Part shown: piece after piece, positions 1 to 13,239 of the stretch | How the letters are laid out: the number at the start of each line of letters is the position of its first letter | How positions within the stretch are numbered: position 1 is the stretch's first letter | Source: Azolla caroliniana | Lineage: Eukaryota; Plantae; Polypodiophyta | NCBI GenBank assembly: GCA_043228905.1 | Contig: JBHGNT010000095.1 | Location: forward strand, 28,534-92,533 | Direction: 5' to 3' | Length of the DNA stretch: 64,000 nucleotides | Program-made: the position numbers and the translations under genes | Notes under the pieces: model-generated | What the model was told of the DNA's origin: nothing | Databases searched by the model: none | Seen by the model: only the letters and a program-made list of their open reading frames with translations

Positions 1-80
1 GCCACTACTTTGATTGTTCCTTTGGTCGGTTGCTATTGTGCTTGCATTGTACCCGTCGACATTGTCCATTGTATTACTTC

Positions 81-3075
81 ACTCCCCCTCAAGCTCGGCA
101 ACAGATATCATTAGACCAAGGTCCGAAGTAAATTGCCCGAGCTTGTTGACTCCTAAGGACTCCTAAGGTTTTTGTGAAGATGTCGGCGACCTAAAGGTTC
201 GTGCTAATATGGTGCAGGTTGACATCTCCAGCGTGAACACGCTCTTGAATGAAGTGATAGTGCACTTTGATATGTTTCGTGCGCGCATGGAACACCAAGT
301 TTCGAGCTAGATAAAATGCAGCTCATATTGTCGCAGTATAGGGGAATTAGATCTTTGATGGGAGCGCCCAAATTCGTCAATATGTGCTTCAGCTAGACGG
401 TTTCACATGTTGAGACAATTGTGCCCTTGTATTCAGCCTTTGTTCTCAACAATGCGACTATCAGCTGCTTTTTACTACTCCAGGAGGTTGCTTCGTTGCC
501 GAGGGAGATTCTACATGAATTGGCTAGGTAAACCAACCGAATAGCTGAGGTTGGGTCGTGTGATGGTGAGATAGATTAAGTTGTTGACCAATTGACAGTA
601 CTGGGTCGGCTCGCACCCTACAGTTTCAGAGTCAATATCGAGCTTTAGATTTTGATCGAGACGGGTTGCCACAAACTTACACTCAGTCATCTTGAACTTA
701 TATAATAAGTTGAGAATGTAGTGTTATTGGGAGATCATGATCCCAACTGGTGTCCAAATTACTTTTATACTGACTCTTGCATATCTTTCATTTCAAATCG
801 ACCAGACATGAGAGATTTGACTCAATTGATATCAACCAAATTTTCTCCTCCAATTACCAAATCATCCACGTAAAAGATGATAATAATCAGACTTCCGGAA
901 TTGTTGCCAATTTGGTGAAGATATTGGTTGACCTTTGAATGCCAAGCACACGATGCTTCCTTGAGTCCATATAATAGCTTCTTGAATCAGCAAACTGTTG
1001 TCGGTTGTTTGGTCGATTCAAAACCAAGTGGTTAAATCATGAAGACCTCTTCTAATTCACCTCGAAGAAAGGTGTTCTTCACGTTCATCAGATGGAGGTG
1101 CCACTCTTTAGCAGTTGCGAGCGTAATGAATGTCTGAACAATCGTCATCTTTGCCATCGGGGCAAAGTTCTCCTCATAGTCGACTCTATATGTTTGAGCA
1201 TATCCCTTAGCTTTAAGTCATGCCTTGTGGAGGTTCACTAATCCGTCGACATTATATTTCAGTTTATATATCCATTTACAGCTAATCGTTTTCTTGTGTG
1301 GTGAGTGAGGGACGAGATCCCATGTTTGATTTTTGCATAATTCCTGCATTTCCTCGTTCATGGCTTCGATCCATCGTGGATCCTTGGTTGGCTCGGAATT
1401 TTTGTTTAGATAGATGGGTTACAACGCTTGTACCCCTTTTGCATGTCGGAGTCATCTCTAGTTTGTACCAGGATGCCGACTTGTCGAAGACGACGTCACG
1501 ACTCACTTGAACTTTTCAAATAGATGGGTTACAACGCTTGTACCCCTTTTGTTTGAGTGAGTACCCTACGAGGATACATTTCTCCGACTTGGGATCGAGC
1601 TTTTGTCGTTTCTCATCGGGAAAATGTACATAAGTAATTGAACCGAATATCCTGATGGGGGATAAGTCCAGCTTCTTCCCGAAAAACTTCTCGTGGGGCA
1701 TTACGTTGTGTACCCCGTATGTTGTGCACATGTTCATGAGTTTGACAGTTGTGTTCGCCCGTTCGCCGCTTCTGCCCAATATGACTTTGGTAGGTTCTTT
1801 TTGTTCATCATTGCTCTTGCCATCTCTAGTATGTGCCGATTCTTCTGTTCGACTACTCCATTATGTTGAGGTGTGTGTCGGCACGTAAACTCCCGTCGAA
1901 TTCCTTCCTTTCGAAGATATGCTATAAATTCGTTCGAGAAATACTCTTTTCCTCCATCTGACCGAAGGCATCGGACATGCCGACTTATTGGGTTTTAGAC
2001 TTCGTTTTTAAATTTCTGGAAGTGTGAGAACACTTCACTCTTTTGCCCCATAGGATAAATCTAAGTGTGCTTGGAGAAGTCGTCAATGAATGTGACATAG
2101 TATCGACATCCACCGAAGGTTGCCGTTTGGGTTGGTCCCCATACATCTAAATGTGTTACATCTAGGATCATGAGCAAAGGGATGTAAAGGTTGGGAGTAT
2201 GTTGACGACTCCTTTTGACTTCACGCCCTTGAGCTTCTAGAGATTGATGTGGCCAATTCTTTTGTGCCACAGTTCTAAGTCGATGTTGACTTTGAGGCCT
2301 TTCCTGAATATGGTTGACTTCACCCCGTTCGATTCGAGGATGAACATTCAACCTTCTCTTCAACCGCGAGCGATGAGTCGACCTTCTTTCTCAATAAAGC
2401 ACCTAACGTCATGATTGAATCATACTTGCATGCCTTGTTCGACAATCTGGTAGACTAAGACAAAAAAATTTGTGATGGTTGGGACATGCAAGACGTTCTT
2501 GAGGTAGGTTTGTTTACCATCCTTCTTGAATGGGACCTTTCCGACATGCCGAATGGGGTGAGTTGTGTCATCCCCAATTTCGACATAGTCAGGTCAATCG
2601 GGCTTCCTCAACTCTCCGAACCAATCTTCGTGAGACGTCATGTGATTGGATGCTCCAGAGCCGACAACCATACATTGTCTGAAGAAGAGGTGTTGGTTGG
2701 ACCCTATGCCGACATCAAGTGTGCTTTATGCCTCATTACGAACATTCTGCCATTGTCTTCCTAGTCAGATTTTGAGGCTCAATTAGTGAGTTGTCAACTA
2801 GTCGACGCCGACTCTCGTTTCTTCTTTCGGCACTGCTCTTCGTAATGGTTGAATTTTCCATAGTTCTCGCATTTGATTGGGTTGTTTTGGCGACTTGGTC
2901 CGGTAGGATGACTCCCCTTTCTGCCAAACTCCCTTGGTGTGTTCCTACTTCTTGCCAATGGTGGGAGTTGTGCTCTCGCCTAAACATGCCGGCCTCGTCC
3001 GAATCCTCTTCCCTTGTCCGACAGGGAGTAGAGAATTTGATCATTTGGTGCATTGCTCCTTGATTGGACATGGTT
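81..3075 (-). mobile_element. Degenerate Ty1/copia retrotransposon internal region (gag/PR-IN-RT-RNaseH, PPT)
   Basis: Minus-strand fragments: integrase HLDVWGP...YYVTFIDDFS (2061-2363), KLDPKSEKCILVGY (1516-1779), RT/RNaseH remnants about 100-1280, PPT (rc of ctccccctcaagct) at about 82-95. Same family as the copia at 29094-40152. Many frameshifts. Confidence 0.85.
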
Positions 3076-3264
3076 TTCTTCGACGAACAATATCAACTAC
3101 AAGTCGAAAAATGAGGGAGGATTCTCCCTAGCAAGGATGATTGACCTGATCTTGTCGAATCGTGGTGTTAAGTCATTGATACATATTTGCACCATTTCAT
3201 CATCATTGATAAATGTGCATAAATGTTAATAGAAGCATCATTAACTTCTAGATGTTGTATTGTC

Positions 3265-3567
3265 TGTAAAGAAATGGAAGTGGTGTAGATGATCTTGTGC
3301 AGTGGAAGGAACTATGTTTGTGTGTGTGTGTGTGTAAGACAAACAAAGAGAGAGAGAGAGAGAGAGAGAGAGCTTAGAGAGATAGAGAACAATAAGTTAT
3401 ATTAGAAAATATGAAATATATCCAACATACATTTAGTTACAAAGGGTTGGTTTAAATACCAACTAACCTAAGGCAACTACCCTTTCTACTATTTACAAAA
3501 CTATCCTAGTGTGTCCACTCCTACTGTGAAAGTCATGACATTTGGGAAGTTGGGTTTGATTCCAACA
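3265..3567 (-). mobile_element. Possible solo LTR remnant
   Basis: TG...CA ends, (GT)n/(GA)n tracts and a TATA-like tatttaaa on the minus strand. No TSD found. Confidence 0.35.
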
Positions 3568-3569
3568 CT

Positions 3570-3915
3570 ACCATAGTAGCACAACTAATATCTTCTGCAT
3601 CCAATGGCTCCTCAATGTTGATGTTAGAGACCATGTTGGCCTTCTCTTTGTCCTTGTCGTTAAAGTTGTTATGTGCTTCGTTCTCGATGTCCACTTTCTT
3701 CTTGTCACTTGTGTTCTTCTTTCTTCTTAATTTAGCTTTGTTGTACTTGCAATAAGGTTTCTTGCGTCCTTTCCTACTGCATTAATAAAAAGTCACTTCA
3801 GCCTTGCCTTTGATTTTGCGCTTGTTCCTCTATAAATTTCCACTAGCCACATTGGTTGAACCACTTCTCTCTTCACTAGCTTTCCTCTTGATTTCCTCAT
3901 TCAAAATATAACCCT
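3570..3915 (-). mobile_element. Copia gag fragment (zinc-knuckle region)
   Basis: Minus-strand translation ILNEEIKRKASEE...CSRKGRKKPYCKY resembles ILSEEIRRQSS...CGRKGHKKPDCRY of the copia at 15190. Confidence 0.7.
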
Positions 3916-3919
3916 TTAT

Positions 3920-5090
3920 TGGGGGTATCCATTGGGTGTTGATATTGCAAATGCTCAACTAATTGACTGGATTGGTAGTAAATTGAAGGACAATTTTATG
4001 TATTGGAAGTCTCATATTGACCCTTTCATGTACAACTCAAAGTTGCACAATGTATCTTGATACCCATGTTATTATATTTTTTACCATTACTCCCTTGGAC
4101 TAAGAAGGCATTACAAATACGGTTGCAATACCTTCGGTTCATGTTGTTGTAGGAGGAAGAAATGATGGGAGTTCCATGTATTTCATGGAACAGGCTACCC
4201 CCAAACAGTTAGGTGGTGTAGTAATATTGGATTTGGATTTATGCATTTGATGGCTTATAGATTTGCGTTATCATGAGATATGTGTCAACAAGATCAACCA
4301 TGGATATCTATGATACAATATTTTATTGAGCACGAAGGATAAGTGTACGAACTCAAAGGTTGTCAGAATTTTGAAGATGTCAAATGATGGTTATGTATTC
4401 CCCCAAATTATGGATTTGTTTGAGACAAATGACAAGATATACCATTGCTGCATGGATCTTGCCAATGAAAACAAATGTTGCACCTTGGGTGGATTGGCGG
4501 TTACAAGATGCTACACGCTTGTTAGATGTCATTACAAATATATTGTATCATCATGCAATGACATCATTATATTGGCTATCTCCTAAAGCAGAAAAGGTAT
4601 AAAATGTATGTAAGTTGAATGCAAGGTGGTGGTAAATATTGCAACATGGTTGGCATTTACATTAACCAAATTGTGCAAAGGTATTCACGTGTAGAGTCAT
4701 GCTTGGTGGGCTCCCATTAGGTTCAACCTTAAAGAGACGAGGACTAGGGTCATGTACGTGCTTCTTTTGCACCATTTCGTTGTAGGGCAGTAGACATAGG
4801 TTCATTAAATGTCTTATAGCGCGTATCATTTGGAAGTAGTTATCAAACATTTGGCAAGTTTTAACTATTATTTGAGGCCTCAACAATGGGTTTTTTCTCA
4901 ATATGTTCAAAATGGTCCAAATGACGAGTTGGAGATATTGTTCCAATTTTTTACGATATTGGGGACTACAACACAATTGGAATATGCGTAATGCTTTCAT
5001 TTTTTATAGTACACATGGGGTGAAAGCCTATATGAAGAAGTCGAAAGGCATGCTTTATGGTATTTCTGGATGTTAGAGCATGTGGGGATC
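3920..5090 (+). mobile_element. L1-like LINE 3' fragment (post-RT and zf-RVT region)
   Basis: Collinear nucleotide similarity to 44845-46255, e.g. gattggtagtaaatt..tatgtattggaagtctca. Internal deletion. Confidence 0.85.
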
Positions 5091-5695
5091 CAAATATTAA
5101 AGAGGAATGAGGGTAACGCGCCAAGCATGGAAGCCTATATAAATACCGAGTGTTTTTAGAATGAGAGATGGGAGAGGATATAGATATATTATTTTCGAAA
5201 GTAAGGTTATATTGAGAGATAAGCGAGCATGATACCGACAGTAGATCGGTACTTGTAACTGTGAGTGTTCATAATATATCATTCATTCTTGTGGGGTAAT
5301 CTGGTGTGTTGCACTTGTGTTCCAAGTGTATTGTCTATGTAATCGTAAATCTGGAATCGGTTGTAGCCGATTCGGTCGGTTAACCTATATTGTGCTCCTT
5401 ACAAGGTTAAGAGCCATCTGTATTCCTGAGTGCGGTGCGGGACAAATGAATTGGTTAACCTAGAAAGAGACAAGGGGAACCCTTAGGGTCGAGTTACCTC
5501 CCTTCCCCTTAACTCTCGTTCAGCTAGATACACAATCGACAATACAACATGAAATCCCTCCTCCTTCCCATTACAATCACCTTGATTTGGTTACTCGGAA
5601 GTAGTAACCGGGAAAGTGTTCCTCCAGTAAGTGGCAACACATCCCTCTCCCTACATAGGATAGGTAGGTGAAGAGACTAAAAAGTATTGTAACAA

Positions 5696-6005
5696 GTGGA
5701 TGTTGCCCAATGGAGACTAGGAAGTCATAGGTTCAACCCACACATTCCACAATGGCAACATCTAGTAAAGTAAGAGGGTATGTATGGAGTAATATAGAGG
5801 TGAGAAAATCGGGTTTCAAACCCAAAACATAGTGCTAGTAGTGTAACCCACTACCACTAGGGTAAGGTAATTACAATAAAAAGACAAAGAAAAATAATCT
5901 AAGAACTAGGACTTAAACCTAAGACGTTGTGCTAATATTGTAACCCTTTGCCATTTAGGGTAACATAATTGCAATAAAAAGGTAAGGAGAGATAATCTAA
6001 GAACT
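5696..6005 (+). mobile_element. Degenerate copy of the tRNA-derived SINE, with tandemly duplicated 3' part
   Basis: Aligns by eye with 40539-40742 (ccaatggagac..ggttcaaccc..acattccac..gggtttcaaaccc..tagggtaa..aattac.ataaaa). Confidence 0.65.
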
Positions 6006-6315
6006 AGGAGTCAGCAACGGCTTGGTTGCAACCCAAACACGGAGCCGTTAAAGCCTTTCTTGAACGATTTGGCAGGGCTCAAGCCGACCACAAACCGGTA
6101 ATTGTGTTAATCAATTTAGCCAAACTGGTTCCTAAATTGGTTAAGGTTCAGTACAAGTTTGAACCAGGTTTGGTTGGTTTGGACAAGGCCAAACCGGTTA
6201 AGCCGAAACCGGAATTGTCGCCGATTCGTACAGAGGGCGAAGCCCACCTCGAGCCAAAGGGAATGAATGTGTACACAACCATACAATACAATACAATACA
6301 TAACATGCATCCAAT

Positions 6316-6670
6316 TGGCAGCATAAATCAGAATCACTCACAATTACAAGCAACCATTCCTTGATTTGACCTTTTTATTCGTATCGAATTCTTAGGTTTC
6401 TCTGTACCATGTTTTAGTCTGCCTCATCTTCAATCCGGGATTCCCTACGAATCTTTAACTCCTCGAATACAATGATAATTCACACCTAACGAATCTGTCA
6501 CTCTACCTCCTCTAGCCGTAACCGCAGGATGTAATTACAAATGAAAGGAAATGGCAGCATAAATCAGAATCACTCACAATTACAATTACAAAGGAAATGA
6601 AATGAAATGGCAGCATAAATCAGAATCACTCACAATTACAATTACAAAGGAAATGAAATGAAATGAAATG
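6316..6670. repeat. Three copies of tggcagcataaatcagaatcactcacaattacaa upstream of the PX gene, two in tandem at 57-bp spacing
   Basis: Copies start at about 6316, 6552 and 6608. Confidence 0.85.
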
Positions 6671-6932
6671 CTCTGTTCTTCTCTTCTCTGCCTATTCCCC
6701 TGCTCCTCATCATTCATTCACACCCCCCCCCCAAACCTTGAAGGGCTCCAATACCCCCCTCCACAGTCTCAGGAGGAGGATCAATCACCTCCTGTTGCTA
6801 CGCTTCTTCTTCTTCTTCTTCTTCTCGATTTCGTATCGATTCTTTGAGCTATCGTGTTTTTGTTTTGCACCACAGATCGGTCTTTTTTTTGACATAGTTG
6901 AGCTCTGTTTGACTTGCCTTCCTTTGCCACAC

Positions 6933-7157
6933 CATGAGAAGCTTTCTCTCCTCCATGTCTTGATTTGGTGCGTCGGCTTTTCCTGTGACATGATCGAAGC
7001 AGTAGATTCCTCCTTCGATTTTCAATCTGCCAAGCTCGGATGGTCATGAGAAGCTTTCTCTCCTCCATGTCTTGATTTGATGCGGTGGCTTTCCCTGTGA
7101 CATGATCGAAGCAGTAGATTCCTCCGTCGATTTTCAATCTGCCAAGCTCGGATGGTC
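6933..7157. repeat. About 112-bp tandem duplication in the probable 5'UTR region
   Basis: catgagaagctttctctcctccatgtcttgatttg...gccaagctcggatggtc occurs twice. Confidence 0.9.
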
Positions 7158-8667
7158 TTCTCGTGAGGTCAGTGCTTTTGTAGGATAGTCTTTTTGATGA
7201 ATTTTCCCGTTGAGAGATGAAAAAAGCTTCCATGCCTTTTATTGTAGATTTCTGTCAGCGCTTTGTTTTTTTCTGGTGTGTTTCCTGGATTTCCTGTGGG
7301 TGGATTTCGACCTAAAAATTAACCTCGACAAAACAAATGAATAAAGGAGAATTATCCATTGTCGCCGTTCTCAAGCTTTAAAAACTCGTTTTCCTCTGTG
7401 TGGATTTTGACCTAAAAAGCTAGGGTTTTCTTCTTCTCATATCTGATGGGTTGCAGGTTTCTGATGATCTCTTTTGCTCGAAAGTTTTTGATTTCTGTTT
7501 TTTAATGGATTTGATCATTGACATGTCTTCTCTTTCCTATGTAAGAACTAATTTTACTTTCCATTTTTTGTGAATTCTTAATATGTAAGGACTACACTTT
7601 ATATAGATTTGATTGAAAGCTTTTGATTGTCTTGATGTATTTGATTAAAGCTTTCCCTTTTAGCCAGAACAAATTCATACCTATCCACACATTGCGATTC
7701 CTTTGTGGATTTGCGCAGAGACTTCCTTTTCATGCAGAACAAATTCACTTATATTGAAAGCTGTTGAATTTCTGTGTTTAGTTTTGCTCATTGAAGATTT
7801 CGCTTTTCTGTGTAGGAACTTGATATATACATATATTATTCACGGCCTCATGAAGTGTGAGATCTTATCTATTCAAAGATCCTAGCTTCTGCTTCGTTTG
7901 AGGCATAAACATTAATTAATCCCCAGGGATTTAGTATCCATGCCAATCGATCTAGAACAAGGTGCGCTCATCTTTGCATCAAAGGAAGGTGAGAATGTTT
8001 GAGTGGAAAGGAGTTAATTTGACCACTTCCTTTTTCTGACTGGCCTGTGGATGCAAAGAAGTTTAAAAATGATTGTGTTGCTTAAAGCTTTTCGGAGTGA
8101 AAATCAAAAGAAATTATTTTGTTGCTTTAAACTTTTTGGAGTGAAAATCAAAAGAAATTATTTTGTTGCTTAAAGTTTTTGGTTAACAATGATTAGGTAA
8201 GCCAGTGAAGAATATTGGTAATATTTTTCTAAGCAGTATGATTAGATCAATTCCTTTCTTCTGAATACCTACAGAAGCTGAATTGTTCTTACTGTTGGTA
8301 AATCCAGAAGGTTTTTGCAGCAAAAGCTCAGTAGAAATGCTTTTCCTGAAAGCCTGTCATTGCAGTGAAATTTCATTATAAGTTTTACATCACCTTTAAC
8401 AATAAATATGTGCTTGAGTGAGAAATGCGGAACGTTTGTGAATGCTGTGAAAATCACTAGACAGACTTTTGTTAGAATTCAATTCTAAAATCATATTATT
8501 GAAGTGGAAAACAAGAAGAAAATGCTTTTGCATGGAGAATGAGGGGTTGTATGGATAAGGAAGGAATAATATCAGAGGAATGTTTTCGTTTCTGTAGAGA
8601 TGAAAGCTTAATACCGCAGTGAAAAGTGATCTAAGATTGGATCTGTCTTGAGCTGAAAGGATTTGTT

Positions 8668-10689
8668 ATGGAGAAGGAAGGCGTACATCAGAGAAGTTTG
8701 AGCTCATCTTCCTCTAGTTCATTCGACAGTTGTTCCGATCTTCTTAGTTCTTTTGATCTTTCTGAGAAGACTACGTCTGATGTCATTCCGCAAGGAGGAG
8801 AAGAAGAACAAGAGGAGGAAGGAGGAGAAGAAGAAAAATTCCAATCAGAGAGTGAATCTTGCAATAAACAAATATCTGATCAAAGCGATTTGGATGTCCG
8901 ATCAAGCCGAGACATTTCTAGAGGTCATTCCACTATCATGGAGTCGTCATTAAAGGAAGGCGATTCATCAGGGTCTGAGGCTAAGAATGATTCTGGACAT
9001 TCAGAGGTAATTATGACTGATCCTGCACAGCCAGAGGTAGTCATGAATGATTCTTCAGGGTCTGAGGCTAAGAATGATTCTGGACACTCAGAGGTAATTA
9101 TGACTGATCCTGCACAGCCAGAGGTAGTTACGCATGATTCTTCACAGCCAGAGGTGATTAAGGATGATTCTATGGCAGTGGAAACACCTGCAGTAAGGGA
9201 TCATATCTATAGCTTCTCTTCAGCCATGACCTTGAGCATGGTGCGGTCTTTGGCTGAGAATACTGTGGGAAGAATCTCTCAGCTCCAGTCATCTTTGCGT
9301 ATACCATCGGGTTACATATTTTCTATGAAGTCGACGGAATCAAAAGAGAGTACCCCTGGTGTTGATCTAAGTAAAGAAAATTCTATTGTAGCATCTTATG
9401 TGTCCAATTTGGATGGCAGTACTGTTGTGCAAAATATACAGAAGGGTGATTCAAACAACATTGTTGTGGAAGACACTGTGCAGGAAGAGGACTCTCTCAA
9501 TGGAAAGGAAAATGAAAGTTCGGACAACATTGAGAAAGATATTTTGGAAGGTTTACATTCTAAAAATTTGATGGAGTCTCTGAATGGAAATCAAAGTGGA
9601 AGCTCAACTAACATTGAGAAAGACATTTCTGAGAAGTTACCTTCTGATAACTTGATTCAATTCGTTAGTGGAAAAAATCAAATTCAAAGGCTCGTCAATG
9701 GTGAGAAAGATATTTCTAAAGCTGTACATTCTAAGAATTTGATGGAGCCGCCGAATGGAAATCAAACTGGAAGTTCAACTAACAGTGATATAGACATCAT
9801 CAATGGTTTACGTTCTGATGACTTGACCCAGGTCCTCAGTGAAAATCAAAGTGGAAGCTTGGTCAGCATTGAGAAAGACATTTCAGAGAGTTTACATTCT
9901 CATGATATGATACATCTGCATAATGGAAATCAAAACAGAAGCTTGATCAACATTGAGGGAAACATTTCTGAGGGTTTGTATTCTGATAACTTGATACAAT
10001 TCCTCAATGGAAATCAAACTGGAAGGTCATTCAACATTGTGAAAGATGTTTCCAAGCATTTACCTTCTAACAATGTCATACCACATCCACACATGTCTGA
10101 ATCTACTGTAGAGGCCCATGATAGAATTGATTCAGTTAGTGTGTGTCAAGGGCAGTATTATGGTTTGCTATGTAACAGAGATGCATCAGTGCTTCCAGAG
10201 ATAGACAATGATTTGCATCATTTGGAAACCTCTGTAAAATCATTTGAGCTACAGAAGAAAACACCTGTTTCCTCTCATCCTCTTCACATCCTGAACAGCG
10301 GATCGGGAAGACCTGATCTTGAAGAGGTTGATTATGATGTTGTGAATGAAGAAGTGTGGAGGAATGAACCACCTGATTTTTCTTCATCACTGCCTCACGA
10401 CGTAGTCCTTCATAGAAGGATTTCTGTAGATGAACTGATGAGAGACGAGCCAGACTTCAGTATAAAGACATCAAGCTTGTACCATACCACAGGTGGTGCT
10501 TCTCCTTCATTAAATGCCATAGTTCATTGCAGAGATATTGTGAAGAATGATCGGAAGCATAGAATTGAAGCTATTGAGGTATTGGCTTTAAAATTTAGGG
10601 AGAACAATCTTTTATCACACGGAAGTTTTTGTGAAAAAAGATCAAATGGGGAAACATTGAAGGGGTTAGAGAATGAGCAACAAGATGAG
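8668..10689 (+). CDS. PX + Rubicon-homology protein, coding exon 1 (long acidic/Ser-rich, repeat-containing N-terminus)
   Basis: Long ORF from ATG 8668. Donor GAG|GTAGGA at 10690. A phase-0, 115-bp intron joins it in frame to the PX exon. Confidence 0.8.
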
Positions 10690-10804
10690 GTAGGATCTAT
10701 TTCTTTTTCTAATTCAGATATGCATTTTTCCAACTCTTCAGATAGTTTAAAGACAAATCATGTTTCTTTCTGATGCATTTTCTCAGCAGTGCTTTTACTT
10801 TCAG

Positions 10805-11899
10805 CTTTTCAGATATGTGGAGAATTTGGATTTGAATGAAACTGATGTTGACACAACAATCCTGGATATGGAGGATATCCTTCTCAATTCAGATGAAGAT
10901 GGAAGTAGAAATATCCACTTTCTCCCGTCAAGCAATTCGGTTGTTGGTACACCTCGATCTTCAAGAGATGGGAGCTTGAGCTCATCCACATCAGGTCTCT
11001 TCGGATTATACACCATGGGTTCAAATGACCATTTCCCCTTCACAATTGACTGGATAGAGGTTATTGGAGCAAAGCAGAAAAAAGGTGGATCTTCTTTTGG
11101 TGAAAGGGTTGTTGGTGTAAAGGACCACACCGTGTATTGTATCAAGGTAACAGGTGGAGGTCAAGAGTGGGAAGTCATGAAGCGATATAGAGATTTTGTT
11201 GAACTATATCATCAGTTGAAACGGAAATTTAACACAAGGTCAGAAAGGCGTCTCCCAACTCCTTGGAGGGAGGTTGAAAGTGAGTCACGGAAGGTATTTG
11301 GTGGTACCACTCCAAATGTTATAGAGATAAGAAGTACTCGCATTGAGAAGTGCTTACAATCCCTTCTTCAAGAAGGTTCTCCATTCAATAATAGCTCTCT
11401 TGTACGTTGGTTTTTGCGTCCACAAGGTACTGTTTTTGGCTTATCTGGTTATGAGGATCAAGAATCAGTTGCAATGTCGATGTCACGGAACAACTCAGAT
11501 GTCCAGTTGGGTGCTTTAGACTCACCTCGATTGCAATCTCCTCAATTAGAGATTGGATGTGGTAAAGTAGAATTGGATCATGCCAGAGGGAAAACCATAA
11601 AGCTTGTGCTCAAGGTTCATTCCAACAAGAATCTGAAGCAGTTGCTCTCATCTCAGCGTTATTCTTGTGCAGGATGTCACAAACATCTAGATGTAGAGAA
11701 AGGACTTGTGCAAGGATTTGTGCAAACTCTTGGGTGGGGGAAGCCAAGGCTCTGTGAATATAGTGGACAACTCTATTGTACATCCTGCCACTTCAATGAG
11801 ACTGCAGTTCTTCCTGCACAAGTATTGTGGCACTGGGATTTCACACCGCGAAGAGTTTCTCAACTTGCCAAGGCATATTTGGATTCAATATATGATCAA
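10805..11899 (+). CDS. PX + Rubicon-homology protein, coding exon 2 (PX domain, start of RH zinc-binding region)
   Basis: Acceptor tttcag|CTT. PX motif HTVYCIKV..WEVMKRYRDFVELYHQL. RH motif CAGC..PRLCEYSGQLYCTSCH..LPAQVLWHWDF. Donor CAA|GTATGT. Confidence 0.92.
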
Positions 11900-12399
11900 G
11901 TATGTATGCTAGAACCCTGTCACGTTTTCTCAAAACATCATTTATGTTGGGGCCATAAATTCTATGCTATGTATGGATCCAAGTACTGCAACTCTTTGTA
12001 GGCATGCTGCTTTCCACATGTGAGTTTGTGTTCCTCTACCTAGTGATCATGGGTAGATGGTTCTCATGAAAATATTAAATATTAAATGTGAAAATATCAG
12101 GTGTGGTTATTCCTCTATTGATAGTGGAGCTATTTGCTTCCATGATTTTGTCTGGTGAATTAGATGCAACTGTGCTTGCACTCATGTTTCTTAATCATAA
12201 TGTTAAGCCTTGGGTCTGTGTGGAACAAACACGCTGTTTAGATGTAGAATATAATAGATTTTTTTTATTGTTCACCAGGGGGCCAAAATTTGACTTATGG
12301 AATGAAATAAGCATATCATCTTGAATCTGACTCCTTCCTAAAGTGGGGGTTTACAACTCCATATTCAAAACTCTCTATGTGAAAATAATGCACGGATGT

Positions 12400-12630
12400 A
12401 TGTGCTCACTCTTCTTGGTGGAGATTGAGTATGAAACTTAAATTATCATGCCTGTCTAACAAGTTATCACACTTTTCCCGAACTACCATATATGCTGAGC
12501 ATGCAAGAAGTAAGTGATATTTATCCTCCAGTAGGTTTTCATTGCATACCTTGCATATCTTCATACTTGGGTCATGATGCCATGATGCCACACCAACACC
12601 TAACTTGTGTGAGTGAGTTCGAAAAGTGCA
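12400..12630 (-). mobile_element. RTE/RTEX-like LINE 3' fragment
   Basis: CKVCNENLLEDKYHLLLACSAY is a C-terminal CCHC motif like that in ORF 27338-27673. Confidence 0.65.
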
Positions 12631-12708
12631 AAGAAAAGAAAACTCCTCTTAAGGGTAGAAGGGTGGGGTAAAAGAGATAGGCTTGTGTGCTCTTTGCAAA
12701 AAATCACA

Positions 12709-13210
12709 GCTCTGATACCATGTGAGAAAAGCTATTAATAATTACAAAAAGTAGAGCACAGCCAAAATGCAGAGCCTGTTTGTACGTAGCAATGAAAAAT
12801 AAAGTTCTTGCAAAAAAGGCTGGTACAGAGCCTTTTATACAAAATTGGGGAATGTGGGTGAAGTGGTTGTTTTGTAGTTAAGTGACTCTTGTACTACCAA
12901 ACAGGTACAATAAATGAGGACTAAGAAGGAATAATCTTGGAAAAGTGAAGAGAGAGAAGGCATTTAATGAGTGGCAGATTCTAGAGGGGAAAAAAATCTA
13001 GGAAGAGAATTTAGAGGAGAGATAATAAAGATGAAAGAGAATGCAGGTCTGGAGCTGCCACCCTCCTACAAAACCCACTTGGCTGCGTGCCAATGCGTTG
13101 TTTCAGGACTGTGCATAAACCTACTTAAGTGTGAAACTGTGTGTTGCACAAAAATGTCAAACAACCTAGCTTGCTGGTGTAAGAGTGCATTGGCTGGTTC
13201 TCCTTTGTCT
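12709..13210 (-). mobile_element. LTR retrotransposon remnant: tRNA-iMet PBS plus adjacent LTR
   Basis: gctctgatacca (rc TGGTATCAGAGC) at 12709-12720, followed by TG and a minus-strand TATA (ccttttatac). Far boundary uncertain. Confidence 0.6.
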
Positions 13211-13239
13211 TGATATGAGAATCCGAAACCTGCTTCTAT

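Noticed and set aside
5071-5639. TGTT...AACA solo LTR with TATA at about 5135
   Set aside because: No TSD, and the left end appears to be continuing LINE sequence. LTR-like, but the boundaries are unsupported.
6663-7233. ORFs 6663-7049 (+), 6781-7233 (-) and 6785-6991 (-)
   Set aside because: Low-complexity products of CTT/T-rich 5'UTR-like sequence and a tandem duplication; no recognisable domain.
10690-10804. Apparent frameshift or two separate genes at ORFs 8668-10773 and 10760-12001
   Set aside because: A 115-bp GT-AG phase-0 intron joins them in frame.
12640-12720. TRIM-like PBS-short internal-PPT arrangement
   Set aside because: A PPT-like tract is present, but no second LTR could be identified.
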